Assembly (NCBI GenBank): GCA_965198225.1
Contig: CBDAOY010000006.1
Location: forward strand, 997,713 to 1,061,712
Direction: 5' to 3'
Source of the DNA: Terriglobia bacterium
GTDB taxonomy: Bacteria > Acidobacteriota > Terriglobia > 20CM-2-55-15
Length of the DNA stretch: 64,000 nt
The notes beneath the pieces are model-generated. The model was not told where the DNA came from, searched no databases, and was given only the letters and a program-made list of their open reading frames with translations. Within the stretch, counting starts at the first letter, position 1. Each line of letters begins with the position of its first letter. The translations under genes and the position numbers were made by a program. Below are positions 19,305-28,654 of the stretch, piece after piece.

Positions 19305-19945
19305 AGAACAAACTCACTGTTGTTGATCTCGAAACGTTCCTGGCCGAAGCAGCCAACCCCATCGGCGAAGTCTACGAGATCGATCAGACCATCGACGCCT
19401 TCGAACCCCCCGAGCCCGTTCCCGAGGGGGCCTACCTCGTGCGTGTGAAGTTGAAGCGGGGCCGCCCCGAGCCGATCAAAAAAACGGTTTCGCGGAAGGG
19501 CATCCGCTACTCGGCCATACCTCTCGAGACCGAGATCATCCAACCCCTGCAAGCGGGCTGCGGGCACGCAGAGGGCCGCATCGTGTGGGACGTCGTCAAC
19601 ACGAGGCCATATCGACAAGACGGGTACGAGCGGTCGGGGATCGCTCGTCTCCTCGACGTGCTCGGCGTGGATCGATCCGCCCTGCGTGGGAACAAGGCTC
19701 TAAGAGCACTGGTCGAGGCGCTCAAGCGGGAGCCGATCGTCCGGATCGACATCCGGTGGCGGGCATACAGCTCCAGGGACGGCAAGGTGCTTGCGCGGCG
19801 AGCAAGCCACTTCCCCATCGACAAGAACGGCCGCCGCCAACGGTGGATCTACCACACCAATGGCGAACGGGTCTGGGCCGAGGCCCAGATCATCCGGTAT
19901 CTGCCGGTCACGGACGGTACCCAACCATCAACCCTCAATACGTAA
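19301..19945 (+). CDS. Hypothetical protein, possibly DUF669-like ssDNA-binding
   Basis: GGAGG RBS, ATGA overlap; EPVPEGAYLVRV motif; located upstream of helicase. Confidence 0.5.
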   Translation: MKNKLTVVDLETFLAEAANPIGEVYEIDQTIDAFEPPEPVPEGAYLVRVKLKRGRPEPIKKTVSRKGIRYSAIPLETEIIQPLQAGCGHAEGRIVWDVVNTRPYRQDGYERSGIARLLDVLGVDRSALRGNKALRALVEALKREPIVRIDIRWRAYSSRDGKVLARRASHFPIDKNGRRQRWIYHTNGERVWAEAQIIRYLPVTDGTQPSTLNT

Positions 19946-19960
19946 TAAGGAGACAAGAAA

Positions 19961-20293
19961 ATGAAGACAGAAATCTTGAACATTCTTCCCGCGACCGATT
20001 GGTACGCGGTGTCTGAGTTCAGCTACGACAGATCTTCCTGGGTTCGAGCCGTCGCGGTTTGGGTCGTCAACAAACTCGACGACGGCACCCTCCAGCTTCG
20101 GGGACTCGATTCAGAGGGCTTCCTGGACGAAGCGCCGGGGTTCTTCCATTACATAAGAATACCGGACGAAGACCCCCTTCAGTACATAACGGGTTTCGAG
20201 CTCAAAAGTCGCCTCCAGAAGTTGAAGGACTTAGGAAGAGAAAGAAAAGGCGAGACCTCCGCTGTAACGAAGGGCTCGCCTGAGAACAACTAA
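19961..20293 (+). CDS. Hypothetical protein
   Basis: TAAGGAG RBS; 110-aa ORF. Confidence 0.6.
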   Translation: MKTEILNILPATDWYAVSEFSYDRSSWVRAVAVWVVNKLDDGTLQLRGLDSEGFLDEAPGFFHYIRIPDEDPLQYITGFELKSRLQKLKDLGRERKGETSAVTKGSPENN

Positions 20294-20321
20294 TCATTGT
20301 CCACCGCGCACCTGACGATGC

Positions 20322-22007
20322 GTGGCAACTTCGATGCTGCCATGTGTTCGTCGGGTGCGGCAAGGAGAATTCAGCATGAAGAAGTCCAACAGCGAACCCG
20401 ACTCTCGCGGAGCGATGAAGGGTCTACAGAACATACTCCGAAGGGGGATTAGCTCGATCCTTCGACTTTCGTCGTCGTCGGACAACACAATGGCCCTAGT
20501 AAAGCCGGCACAGAGCTTATTCACTATGCCAACGGCCGAATCGTCCCTCGTTGTCGGGTTACCCGAACAAGGTGGTCCGCCAATCCAGGCCACTGATCCC
20601 AAAGTTCTGGGCGAGTATTACCTCAGGGAAATCGCCAAGAACCTGAACATTGACCAAACACTGCGCTACTCCGTCATCAAGTACTGGAGGGAAGCGTGGT
20701 GGCGGTGGAATGGCCGCCGCCACGTTCCCCTGCCAGCGGGGGAACTGCGTGCTCACATGACAGAGGTCATCCGACCGCTCGTCGTTGGGTTGGCGGCGAA
20801 GCTGGACTGCAAGAGCGTACCCCTGATCACACGGGCAACCATTTCGAACGTCTTCCAGGCGATGAGTGGAGCTGTCTTGCTCCCGAACGAATCTGAATCG
20901 CCCTGTTGGCTCGGAGAGTCGAATTCGTCTGAAGTCCATCTCTCGATGCAAAACGGGTTACTGAACCTAGACGGGCTACTCGACGGGAGACACGCCCCTC
21001 TAATCCCACACACGCCAGAGTATTTCACGCAGGTCGCGTTTCCATACCCCTACGAACCTGGAGCCACCTGCGATGACTGGCTCGAATTCCTCAACCAAGT
21101 ATTAGAAGGCGATACCGACCGGATCGCGCTCCTACGGGAGTGGTTCGGCTACTGCCTGATCTACGACCTTACTCAGCACAAGTTTCTCGTGATGGAGGGG
21201 GAAGGGGCCAACGGGAAGAGCGTCGTTTGCGAAATCTTCACGGCGATGCTCGGTTCTGAGAATGTCTCTCACGTACCCCTCGAGATGTTTGGTGAGCGCT
21301 TCCAACTGACGCCCACACTGGGGAAGATCGCCAACATCGTTGCTGAGATTGGCGAAGTAGATCGTGTTGCTGAGGGTTTCCTCAAGCAGTTCACTTCGGG
21401 TGACCGGATGTACTTCGACCGCAAGGGTATCCAAGGAGTCGACGCCTATCCAACCGCCCGTCTTGTATTCGCGACGAACCAGAGGCCCCGGTTTAGAGAT
21501 CGTTCAAGGGGGCTCTGGCGACGCATGATCCTCATGCCGTTCAGGGTCCAGATTCCAGATGAGCAGCAGGACAAGAAATTGCCAGAGAAACTCAAGCGAG
21601 AGCTCCCCGGGATATTCAACTGGGCCGTTGAGGGTCTCAGGCGGCTGAGGGAGAAGGGCTACTTCACTGAGCCGTCGATATGCAAGGAAGCACTCGGTGA
21701 GTATCGCCTCGAGAGCAACCCGGCAAGGGTGTTCCTGTTGGGGCACTTTGTGGAGGACCCCGCGGCATCCGTCGACGTGCAGTTCGCTTACGACGCTTAT
21801 CGCGATTGGGCCGAGACGAACGGCTACCGGGGCTTGAACGCTTCCGAGTTCGGCAAGGAAGTCAGGCGGGCTTTTCCGAAGGTTCAAAAGAAGAAGCGAG
21901 GGGCCAGGGACGCGCGGCGTTTCCAATACGTCGCTCTTCGGGGAATACCGATAGGCGTCGAGCTGGTTGACGTGAACGAGGAAATGCGGTCGGACCCCGC
22001 GGCGTAG
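20322..22007 (+). CDS. P4-family/D5-like SF3 helicase (phage/plasmid primase C-terminal type)
   Basis: NGLLNL, HTPEYFT, GEGANGKS Walker A, LKQFTSGD, FATN, GLWRRMILMPF, ELPGIFNWAVEG; true start may be 20376. Confidence 0.9.
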   Translation: MATSMLPCVRRVRQGEFSMKKSNSEPDSRGAMKGLQNILRRGISSILRLSSSSDNTMALVKPAQSLFTMPTAESSLVVGLPEQGGPPIQATDPKVLGEYYLREIAKNLNIDQTLRYSVIKYWREAWWRWNGRRHVPLPAGELRAHMTEVIRPLVVGLAAKLDCKSVPLITRATISNVFQAMSGAVLLPNESESPCWLGESNSSEVHLSMQNGLLNLDGLLDGRHAPLIPHTPEYFTQVAFPYPYEPGATCDDWLEFLNQVLEGDTDRIALLREWFGYCLIYDLTQHKFLVMEGEGANGKSVVCEIFTAMLGSENVSHVPLEMFGERFQLTPTLGKIANIVAEIGEVDRVAEGFLKQFTSGDRMYFDRKGIQGVDAYPTARLVFATNQRPRFRDRSRGLWRRMILMPFRVQIPDEQQDKKLPEKLKRELPGIFNWAVEGLRRLREKGYFTEPSICKEALGEYRLESNPARVFLLGHFVEDPAASVDVQFAYDAYRDWAETNGYRGLNASEFGKEVRRAFPKVQKKKRGARDARRFQYVALRGIPIGVELVDVNEEMRSDPAA

Positions 22008-22009
22008 CC

Positions 22010-22131
22010 GTGTCACGGGTGGCACAGGTGTCACCACTTGTCTATTCAGCTTATACATAGACAAATAATGACGATTTCGTTGCCATTAGCCCGGATAGGA
22101 AAGCCCATGCCACGGGTGACACCAGTGACAC
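22010..22131. repeat. Putative replication-origin iterons
   Basis: GTG(T/G)CAC x3 at 9-bp spacing, AT-rich gap, then three inverted copies at 9-bp spacing. Confidence 0.6.
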
Positions 22132-22229
22132 ACACACACGCACGGGAGTCACATATGGGACCCGCCGAGGGACCCAAGGAGATGGTGACTACCCCACCCG
22201 GGTACCCCCCCCGTGAAAAGGAGAAAACA

Positions 22230-22481
22230 ATGAAAGGCAAAAAGTACCCAAAGATCATCGAGGAGCAGGCCTACATTGGCCGACGGAAGATCGCCCTGAT
22301 CCTGGGCGCTCGTCTCTCTGACGAGGACCGGAAGGACATCGGTCAAGCTCGAAGGTTGATGGCCAAGGAGCGCAACTACAGGACCTTAGTAAAGAGGTGG
22401 CGTCGATACATCCTCGCTCTCAGGAAGGCCAACAATTTGCTCTTGAAAGCCGGCTCGGTGAAAGAGGAGAAACAGAAGTAA
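22230..22481 (+). CDS. Hypothetical basic protein
   Basis: AAGGAG RBS before MKGKKYPK. Confidence 0.5.
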   Translation: MKGKKYPKIIEEQAYIGRRKIALILGARLSDEDRKDIGQARRLMAKERNYRTLVKRWRRYILALRKANNLLLKAGSVKEEKQK

Positions 22482-22547
22482 TCCAACAACCAGTCGTCGT
22501 CGAGTTGCAGCGATTGCCCGCGACGGAAAACAAGGAGCTAAAACGCT

Positions 22548-22796
22548 ATGTCGAAGGCATCCCACGAATCCACCACACAATCCCACGCTCGGTCCAACCG
22601 GCGCCCATTCTGGGACATCGATAAGCTGTCTCGGTATCTCGGAGTTGGGCAGACCTGGATCTACAACAGGACTCGGGTGAACGGTCCGGAGCTGATCCCC
22701 CACATCAAGGTAGGGAAGTACCTCCGGTTCGAGCCGGACTCCGAGAGCTTCCACGAGTGGCTTGAGGACCATCGAGTGGAGAAGTTCGTTGGGTGA
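22548..22796 (+). CDS. Excisionase-like HTH_17 protein
   Basis: WDIDKLSRYLGVGQTWIY...IPHIKVGKYLRF. Confidence 0.82.
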   Translation: MSKASHESTTQSHARSNRRPFWDIDKLSRYLGVGQTWIYNRTRVNGPELIPHIKVGKYLRFEPDSESFHEWLEDHRVEKFVG

Positions 22797-23113
22797 CTGA
22801 ACCAACGACCCTTCCCAAGGAAATGAGCCCGCAACACTTCCAAACGGCTGGGAACAGAATGGGAACAATTTCGATTGATGGGAACAGATACCGTATATAC
22901 AGTAATCGCGTGGCGCGACCTCCCAAGCCTGCGCATCTGCGGCGTTCCAAGATGCTGCCGATCCGCCTCACCGCCGACGAGTATGAATCGTTGGCACGCG
23001 GATCGCAGCAGCTCGGCGTGAGCGTCTCGGATGTTCTGCGGCACGGGGCTGCGCTTTACATTGAGATGAAAAGCAAAGACGGGTCACCGAAGAGAAAGGA
23101 GAAACAACGATGA
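22793..23113 (+). CDS. Ribbon-helix-helix protein (true start probably further downstream)
   Basis: LPIRLTADEYESL...LGVSVSDVLR. Confidence 0.6.
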   Translation: MTEPTTLPKEMSPQHFQTAGNRMGTISIDGNRYRIYSNRVARPPKPAHLRRSKMLPIRLTADEYESLARGSQQLGVSVSDVLRHGAALYIEMKSKDGSPKRKEKQR

Positions 23114-24300
23114 CTCGTCATTCTCAACAACGGGGTTACGTTTCAGATGCGATACGCACACGGAAGGGTATCGCTTACAAGATTCGGTATCGAATCCGCG
23201 GTCCCGGCGGGACGTGGAAGCAGAAGTCGGAAACCTTGTACGGGCTTAAAGGAAAGAAGGCTGCTCGGCTAGTGTTGGCCGACCGTATCAAGGATTCAAG
23301 CACGACGGTCATGGGTCACACGGAGCTGACTTTCGAGGAGTTCACTGAGCGTTTCTGGCAGCCTTACCTGGACAGGAAAAACGTGAAGCCGTCCACCCGA
23401 CGGTCCTATCGTTCGATGCTCGATTTGCACATCCTACCAATTCTGGGCGAACTGCGGTTGAACGACGTGAGTCCACTGCATCTGGACGAATTGTTGCAAG
23501 CGCCCGGGGTGAGTTCGTGTTCCGCCAAGACCGTTCGTAATCTGGTCGGGCTGCTGGGCTCGATGTTTGCCCTAGCCGTGGATAGGGATCTGGTAGTGAA
23601 ATCTCCGGTCCGGAAAAGTCACAAGCCGACAGTCGAGAGGTTGGAGAAGCAGGTGTGGAGTCCAGATCAAGTGCGGCAGATCATCGAAGGTGTGGCGGAG
23701 ATTTATCGGACCTTCTTTGTCTGTGCTGCCCTCACTGGTGCTCGGCTCGGGGAGTTACTTGCTTTGAAATGGTCGTGTTTTGATTTTCAGGCTCGCACCA
23801 TTCGTATTGAGCGAAGCCTCTGGCAGGGTGAGCTTGGGAAACCGAAGACGAAGGGAAGTGTACGGACAATTGCTTTCGGCGAGATACTGGCCCAGGCGCT
23901 GACCAGTCACATGGAAGCATCGGTTCACATCGGGGCGGACGATTTCGTTTTCTGCAAGTTGGACGGCACTCCTTACCATCCTGACGTACTAAGGAAGGAC
24001 GTGCTGTACCCAACCCTTGATCGACTTCAAATCCCACGGCCTGTCCGAGCCTCAGGCTTCCATGCGTTCAGGCATTCGGCAGCGACGATGGTCAGCGCCG
24101 AAACAGGGGATCTCAAACTGGCTCAGAAGCTGTTAGGGCATTCCCAGTTGGCGACTACCGCGGACGTTTACACTCACGTATTACGGGAGCAGGATGCGAC
24201 GGCCGTGGAGGCGATCGAGAAGGCCGTTTTCCCAGAATCTGTTCCCAATTGTTCCAAAAACGGGTCCGATCCGACTTTGGGAACAAGTAGCGAAGTGTGA
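23110..24300 (+). CDS. int: Tyrosine recombinase/integrase
   Basis: TGARLGELLAL, KTK, FHAFRH, LLGH, YTH catalytic residues; adjacent to tRNA att. Confidence 0.96.
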   Translation: MTRHSQQRGYVSDAIRTRKGIAYKIRYRIRGPGGTWKQKSETLYGLKGKKAARLVLADRIKDSSTTVMGHTELTFEEFTERFWQPYLDRKNVKPSTRRSYRSMLDLHILPILGELRLNDVSPLHLDELLQAPGVSSCSAKTVRNLVGLLGSMFALAVDRDLVVKSPVRKSHKPTVERLEKQVWSPDQVRQIIEGVAEIYRTFFVCAALTGARLGELLALKWSCFDFQARTIRIERSLWQGELGKPKTKGSVRTIAFGEILAQALTSHMEASVHIGADDFVFCKLDGTPYHPDVLRKDVLYPTLDRLQIPRPVRASGFHAFRHSAATMVSAETGDLKLAQKLLGHSQLATTADVYTHVLREQDATAVEAIEKAVFPESVPNCSKNGSDPTLGTSSEV

Positions 24301-24328
24301 GTGATGAATGAGCTCATCCCCGCAAGGA

Positions 24329-24361
24329 CAACAAAAAAGGCCACCTCTCGGTGACCTTCTT
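24329..24361 (-). terminator. Rho-independent terminator after tRNA-fMet
   Basis: AAGGTCACCGAGAGGTGGCCTT hairpin followed by T-run on minus strand. Confidence 0.8.
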
Positions 24362-24374
24362 CGTTCGTTCTTGA

Positions 24375-24446
<72 letters not shown>

Positions 24447-24584
24447 TCAGTGTTCATTCAATATAGAAGGTCGATTGCCGATCGTCAAGTGCGGGAGGGG
24501 TGCGGGAGTGAAGTGATCAGTGAAGAAGTTCGTCGTGGAAACGACACAGGAGCGTTGCCACGCTCGAAGGTTCTACGCAATCTT

Positions 24585-24610
24585 TGTGCGGTCATAGACC
24601 GCACCTACAC
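24585..24610. repeat. GTAG-family REP (single)
   Basis: GTGCGGTCATAGACCGCACCTAC. Confidence 0.85.
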
Positions 24611-24638
24611 CTGTCCGCGGGTTCTTGCGTACAACGCT

Positions 24639-24968
24639 TCAGGGATTTGTGCGGATGGACGGACTTTCGGACGGGGCCATCAGGATGACTTCGCCGGGGC
24701 GGACGAGTTTCAGTTCCTCGCGGGCCCGGCGTTCGATTTCCAGGGGATCGGTTCGGAGGGTGTGGATCTCGTCGACAAGGTCGGCGTTTTCGGCTTCCAG
24801 TTCCTGGATCTCTTGTTCGAGTTCCGAGAAACGGGCTGCTTTGGCTCGTACTTCCAGGAGACCACGGTCGCTGACCAGGGTCAGAACGAGAGCGGCAAGC
24901 GTCATCAGTCCGAAGACGCCGAGGCCGACTCGAACCATCAATCCCTGACCTATGCTTCGGTTATCCAT
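24639..24968 (-). CDS. ftsB: Septum formation initiator FtsB/DivIC
   Basis: TM, DRGL, coiled coil, IERRAREELKLVRPGE. Confidence 0.85.
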   Translation of the reverse strand: MDNRSIGQGLMVRVGLGVFGLMTLAALVLTLVSDRGLLEVRAKAARFSELEQEIQELEAENADLVDEIHTLRTDPLEIERRAREELKLVRPGEVILMAPSESPSIRTNP

Positions 24969-26356
24969 TGCCTCCCGAACTCGAGCAGCTGTTCCAACTC
25001 GGCGCGGCTCCCGGCCTCGGCATAGTACCGGACCACGGGTTCCGTGCCCGAGGGGCGCATGAGGACCCAGCTGCCATCCTCGAATATCAGCTTGAGCCCG
25101 TCGGTTCGATCCTGCCTTTGAACCGGTCTGCCGTGAAACTCCCGAACGTCGGACGCAATCTTTTCGCCCACCGTCTGGCGGAGGGTCGGGTCCAACCTGA
25201 TATTCAGTCGACGATTATACACCTCTCCGGTCCGTTCAAAAAGGGTTGTTAGCTGTTTTTTCAATGACTTCCCGCGATCGGCCACCATTTCGGCGACCAG
25301 CAGGCAGGCCAGGATTCCGTCCTTCTCGGGAATGTGACCCTGGATCGCGAGACCCGCACTTTCTTCGCCTCCGAGGATGATCCGGCCATCCCGGATGTAT
25401 TCGCCGATGAACTTGAAGCCGACGGGCGTTTCCAGAACCTCTAAGTCGTGTAGCTCAGCGACCTTATCGATCAGGTGCGTCGTCGCTACTGTACGCGCCA
25501 CCGATCCCCTCCAGCCGCGCGTTTCGACCAGGTAGTCCAGCAGCAACGCTATGATCTCATTGGGGTAAATGTAGTCGCCGTTCCGATCGAGCACGCCGAA
25601 ACGATCGGCGTCGCCGTCGGTGCCCACGCCGAGGGTCAATCCTTGGTGCAGTACCGCCTGCTTGAGACCGCCGAGATTCGACTCGTCAGGCTCGGGATGG
25701 TTGCCGCCGAAATGGACGTCGCGTTCGGCATGGAGAACGAACGGATGGAGGCCTTCCGATTCCAGCAGGGAGTCCAGATAGCCTGCCCCGGCTCCGTGGA
25801 GCGCATCGTAGCCGAGAGTGATTCCCGATGCACGAACATTAGCGAGATCGACCTTGCTCCGGAGCGCGCCGAAGTACTCGTCGCGAAGGTCGACCTCCTC
25901 GATCAGCTCCGGTGACCCCCGTCCCGAGAACTCCCAACCCGACTCTTGCAGTCGTTCGATCTCGCGCTCGATCGCTCCGGTGACCTCGGGTAAAGCCGGC
26001 GCGCCGTCAGCGCCGGAAAACTTCAGGCCGTTGTACTCACCCGGATTGTGAGAGGCGGTGATGTTGATGGCGCCGTCGAGCTTGCGGTGGATCGTCGAGA
26101 ACGAGATGGCCGGCGTGGGGACGGCACGGCGGCAGAGCTGCACTCGAATATCGTTTGCAGCCAGGACGTCGGCAACCTGTCGGGCGAAGTTTTCCGAACC
26201 GAATCGAGTGTCGTATCCTACGAGCAAGGTAGGGGTCGGCGTGTCCCGCTTGACGTGGCGCGCGATGGCCTCGGTTGCAAGCCGGACGTTTGCGAAAGTG
26301 AACTCATCCGCGATGATGGCGCGCCAACCCGAGGTCCCGAACTTGATTCCGGCCAT
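24950..26356 (-). CDS. Phosphoglucomutase/phosphomannomutase family protein
   Basis: FGTSGWR, TASHNP, DGDADR, GGEESAG, RPSGTEP. Confidence 0.95.
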   Translation of the reverse strand: MAGIKFGTSGWRAIIADEFTFANVRLATEAIARHVKRDTPTPTLLVGYDTRFGSENFARQVADVLAANDIRVQLCRRAVPTPAISFSTIHRKLDGAINITASHNPGEYNGLKFSGADGAPALPEVTGAIEREIERLQESGWEFSGRGSPELIEEVDLRDEYFGALRSKVDLANVRASGITLGYDALHGAGAGYLDSLLESEGLHPFVLHAERDVHFGGNHPEPDESNLGGLKQAVLHQGLTLGVGTDGDADRFGVLDRNGDYIYPNEIIALLLDYLVETRGWRGSVARTVATTHLIDKVAELHDLEVLETPVGFKFIGEYIRDGRIILGGEESAGLAIQGHIPEKDGILACLLVAEMVADRGKSLKKQLTTLFERTGEVYNRRLNIRLDPTLRQTVGEKIASDVREFHGRPVQRQDRTDGLKLIFEDGSWVLMRPSGTEPVVRYYAEAGSRAELEQLLEFGRQWITEA

Positions 26357-26656
26357 GCCTAATTTTAGCAGCCCATGGCAGAAGTCTGATGGCTCGCGCG
26401 CACGGGTCTTGCGAGGCGGAGGCGAGGCGCGAGGAGGAATTGATGCTGTTTCATCATGACGACGAGCAACAAAGTATCCGACCGCAACCCCCGTGCGCCC
26501 GGAGGGTTACGGCGGCGTCACACCATCTGGGTTGTTGCCGCACCTCAACGATGTACCAGCATCGCCGTCGGCACGGCGCCTACCATCTGGCGCAACGCCG
26601 CCGCAACGCGAGCCATCAGACTTCTGCCACGGGCTGCTCAGCAGGTCGATTGCAGC

Positions 26657-26974
26657 ATGATTGAAACGATGGTTGCGCTCGTGACCTGCGGGTCACGGGA
26701 AGAAGCGAAGAAGATTGCCGGAGCGCTCGTCGGCGACGAACTGGCGGCCTGCGTGAACATTGTGCCTGGCATCGAGTCCTGCTACCGCTGGGAAGGGAAG
26801 GTCAACTGGGATCCGGAATTCCTCCTGATCATCAAAACGACTGCTGCCGCGGTCGATCGCGTGCGATGGCGGGTCCTCAAAGAGCACAGCTACGATTTGC
26901 CGGAGTTCATCGCCTTCAAGATCGAGGACGGATCGCATCCATATCTGAAATGGATCGAGGAGTCGGTGAAGTAG
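26657..26974 (+). CDS. cutA: Divalent-cation tolerance protein CutA
   Basis: LAACVN...SCYRWEG...HSYDLPE...YLKW. Confidence 0.93.
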   Translation: MIETMVALVTCGSREEAKKIAGALVGDELAACVNIVPGIESCYRWEGKVNWDPEFLLIIKTTAAAVDRVRWRVLKEHSYDLPEFIAFKIEDGSHPYLKWIEESVK

Positions 26975-26978
26975 CTGT

Positions 26979-27044
26979 GTAGGGGCGGTCTATGACCGCA
27001 CATCTCCCGGGTTGACATTTTGTGCGCTCATAGAGCGCACCTAC
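26979..27044. repeat. GTAG-family REP doublet
   Basis: GTAGGGGCGGTCTATGACCGCAC...GTGCGCTCATAGAGCGCACCTAC. Confidence 0.9.
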
Positions 27045-27054
27045 ACCTGCACGG

Positions 27055-27233
27055 AATTTCTTCGAAACAATTTCAAATTTTGAAATTTCCATTCACCAAA
27101 TCTGCAATGCGGATTTTCCGATAGAAAAATTTGCAATGAACTGGAGATCTCTTCCGGCTAGGTCATTGCAAATTTAGCTAATGAAAATTCCGCAGTGGAG
27201 ATTCCAGATTGGAGATTCGAGATTGCAGATTTA
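27055..27233 (-). repeat. AT-rich heptamer palindromic element (copy A)
   Basis: Inverted copy of the 37847/38385/38898 elements. Confidence 0.85.
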
Positions 27234-27239
27234 GCTGCG

Positions 27240-28379
27240 CTAGTCCCCGAACGCGTCTTCCAGGTCGGCCAGCAGATCTTCGGTGTCTTCGATGCCGACG
27301 GAGATGCGCACGAGGCCGTCGGTGATCCCCAATTTGTCCCGCGTTTCCTTCGGGACGGCGGCGTGGGTCATCGTTGCGGGATGAGAGATCAGGGTTTCCA
27401 CTCCGCCAAGGCTCTCGCCCAGCGAGCAGAGCTTCACGCTTTCCAGCAGCCGGGACGCGGCGTCGAGCGAACCCAGATCGAACGAGATCATCGCGCCGAA
27501 GCCAGACATCTGCTTCTTGGCGAGTGCGTGCTGCGGATGATCGGTCAGTCCCGGGTAGTAGATTTTCTTGACCTGTTTCTTCTCGGAAAGATACATGGCC
27601 AGAGTTCTTCCGGTCAGGTTGTGCGCCTCCATCCTTACCGGAAGCGTCTTGATCCCGCGTAGTACCAGCCAGGAATCGAACGGCGACAGGATGGCGCCTG
27701 CGGCGTTCTGAATGAAGTGCAACTGGTCGGCGTCGGATTCATGGGCGAGGACGACAACTCCTCCGACGCTGTCGCTGTGCCCGTTCAGGAACTTCGTCGT
27801 GCTATGGACGACGATGTCGGCCCCAAGCGCCAGGGGGCGCTGGAGGTAAGGACTCATGAACGTGTTGTCGACGACCAGGCGGCAGTCCGCAGCACGCGTG
27901 ATGTTCGAGACCGCTGCGATGTCGGTCAGCGTCATTACCGGATTCGTCGGCGTTTCGATGAAAACCATCCGCGTGTTTGGGCGCATGGCGTTGCGGACAA
28001 CGTCGATGTTGGATGTGTCGACATAGCTGAACTCCACGCCGTTGTGCTTGACGATCTTGTCGAACAGGCGGAACGTACCGCCGTAGACGTTGTCCCCGCA
28101 GATCGCGTGGTCGCCCTGGCGCAGCAGCAACTGCGTGATCGCTGTTTCAGCCGCCATGCCGGAGGCGAAGGCGTAGGCGGCGACTCCGCCCTCGAGAACG
28201 GCCATGTTGCGTTCGAGCGCCATCCTCGTAGGGTTCTGCGTGCGGGCATACTCGAAGCCCTTGTGCTTACCGATGCCTTCCTGCACGAAAGTCGACGTCT
28301 GGTAGATCGGCGTGCTCACCGCCCCCGTCGTGGGGTCGGGTTCCTGCCCGGCATGGATCGCGTCGGTCCTGAATCCCAT
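27240..28379 (-). CDS. Cystathionine gamma-synthase/lyase (PLP)
   Basis: YARTQNPTR, ETPTNP, VVDNTF, HSTTKFLNGHSD, SLGGVETL. Confidence 0.93.
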   Translation of the reverse strand: MGFRTDAIHAGQEPDPTTGAVSTPIYQTSTFVQEGIGKHKGFEYARTQNPTRMALERNMAVLEGGVAAYAFASGMAAETAITQLLLRQGDHAICGDNVYGGTFRLFDKIVKHNGVEFSYVDTSNIDVVRNAMRPNTRMVFIETPTNPVMTLTDIAAVSNITRAADCRLVVDNTFMSPYLQRPLALGADIVVHSTTKFLNGHSDSVGGVVVLAHESDADQLHFIQNAAGAILSPFDSWLVLRGIKTLPVRMEAHNLTGRTLAMYLSEKKQVKKIYYPGLTDHPQHALAKKQMSGFGAMISFDLGSLDAASRLLESVKLCSLGESLGGVETLISHPATMTHAAVPKETRDKLGITDGLVRISVGIEDTEDLLADLEDAFGD

Positions 28380-28484
28380 GTCTGAACCTCTCTGGCTGGT
28401 GCCCTCAACGGGCACTTTCTCTCAGTCCGCATTTCTAACAAGCACTCGTTACTCTCCCTAGAACGCGAGAGTTGTCAAGAACTT

Positions 28485-28552
28485 GTAGGTGCGGTCTATG
28501 ACCGCACACGGTCGCGAAAGCCAACTGTTGTGCGCTTATAGAGCGCACCTAC
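28485..28552. repeat. GTAG-family REP doublet
   Basis: Same inverted pair as 26979. Confidence 0.9.
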
Positions 28553-28654
28553 ACAAATAGATTGACTCTGCGCAAGTTCGCGCGCGCGAAAACGCGGTAA
28601 CCTGGATTTCTTGTGAGAAATCCAGGTCAGTTGTCGTGGAATCGGAGACTGGGG

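Noticed and set aside
23110-24300. Integrase as the integron integrase IntI
   Set aside because: It has an N-terminal arm-binding/SAM-like region, sits at a tRNA att, and shows no recognisable IntI-specific insertion between catalytic patches
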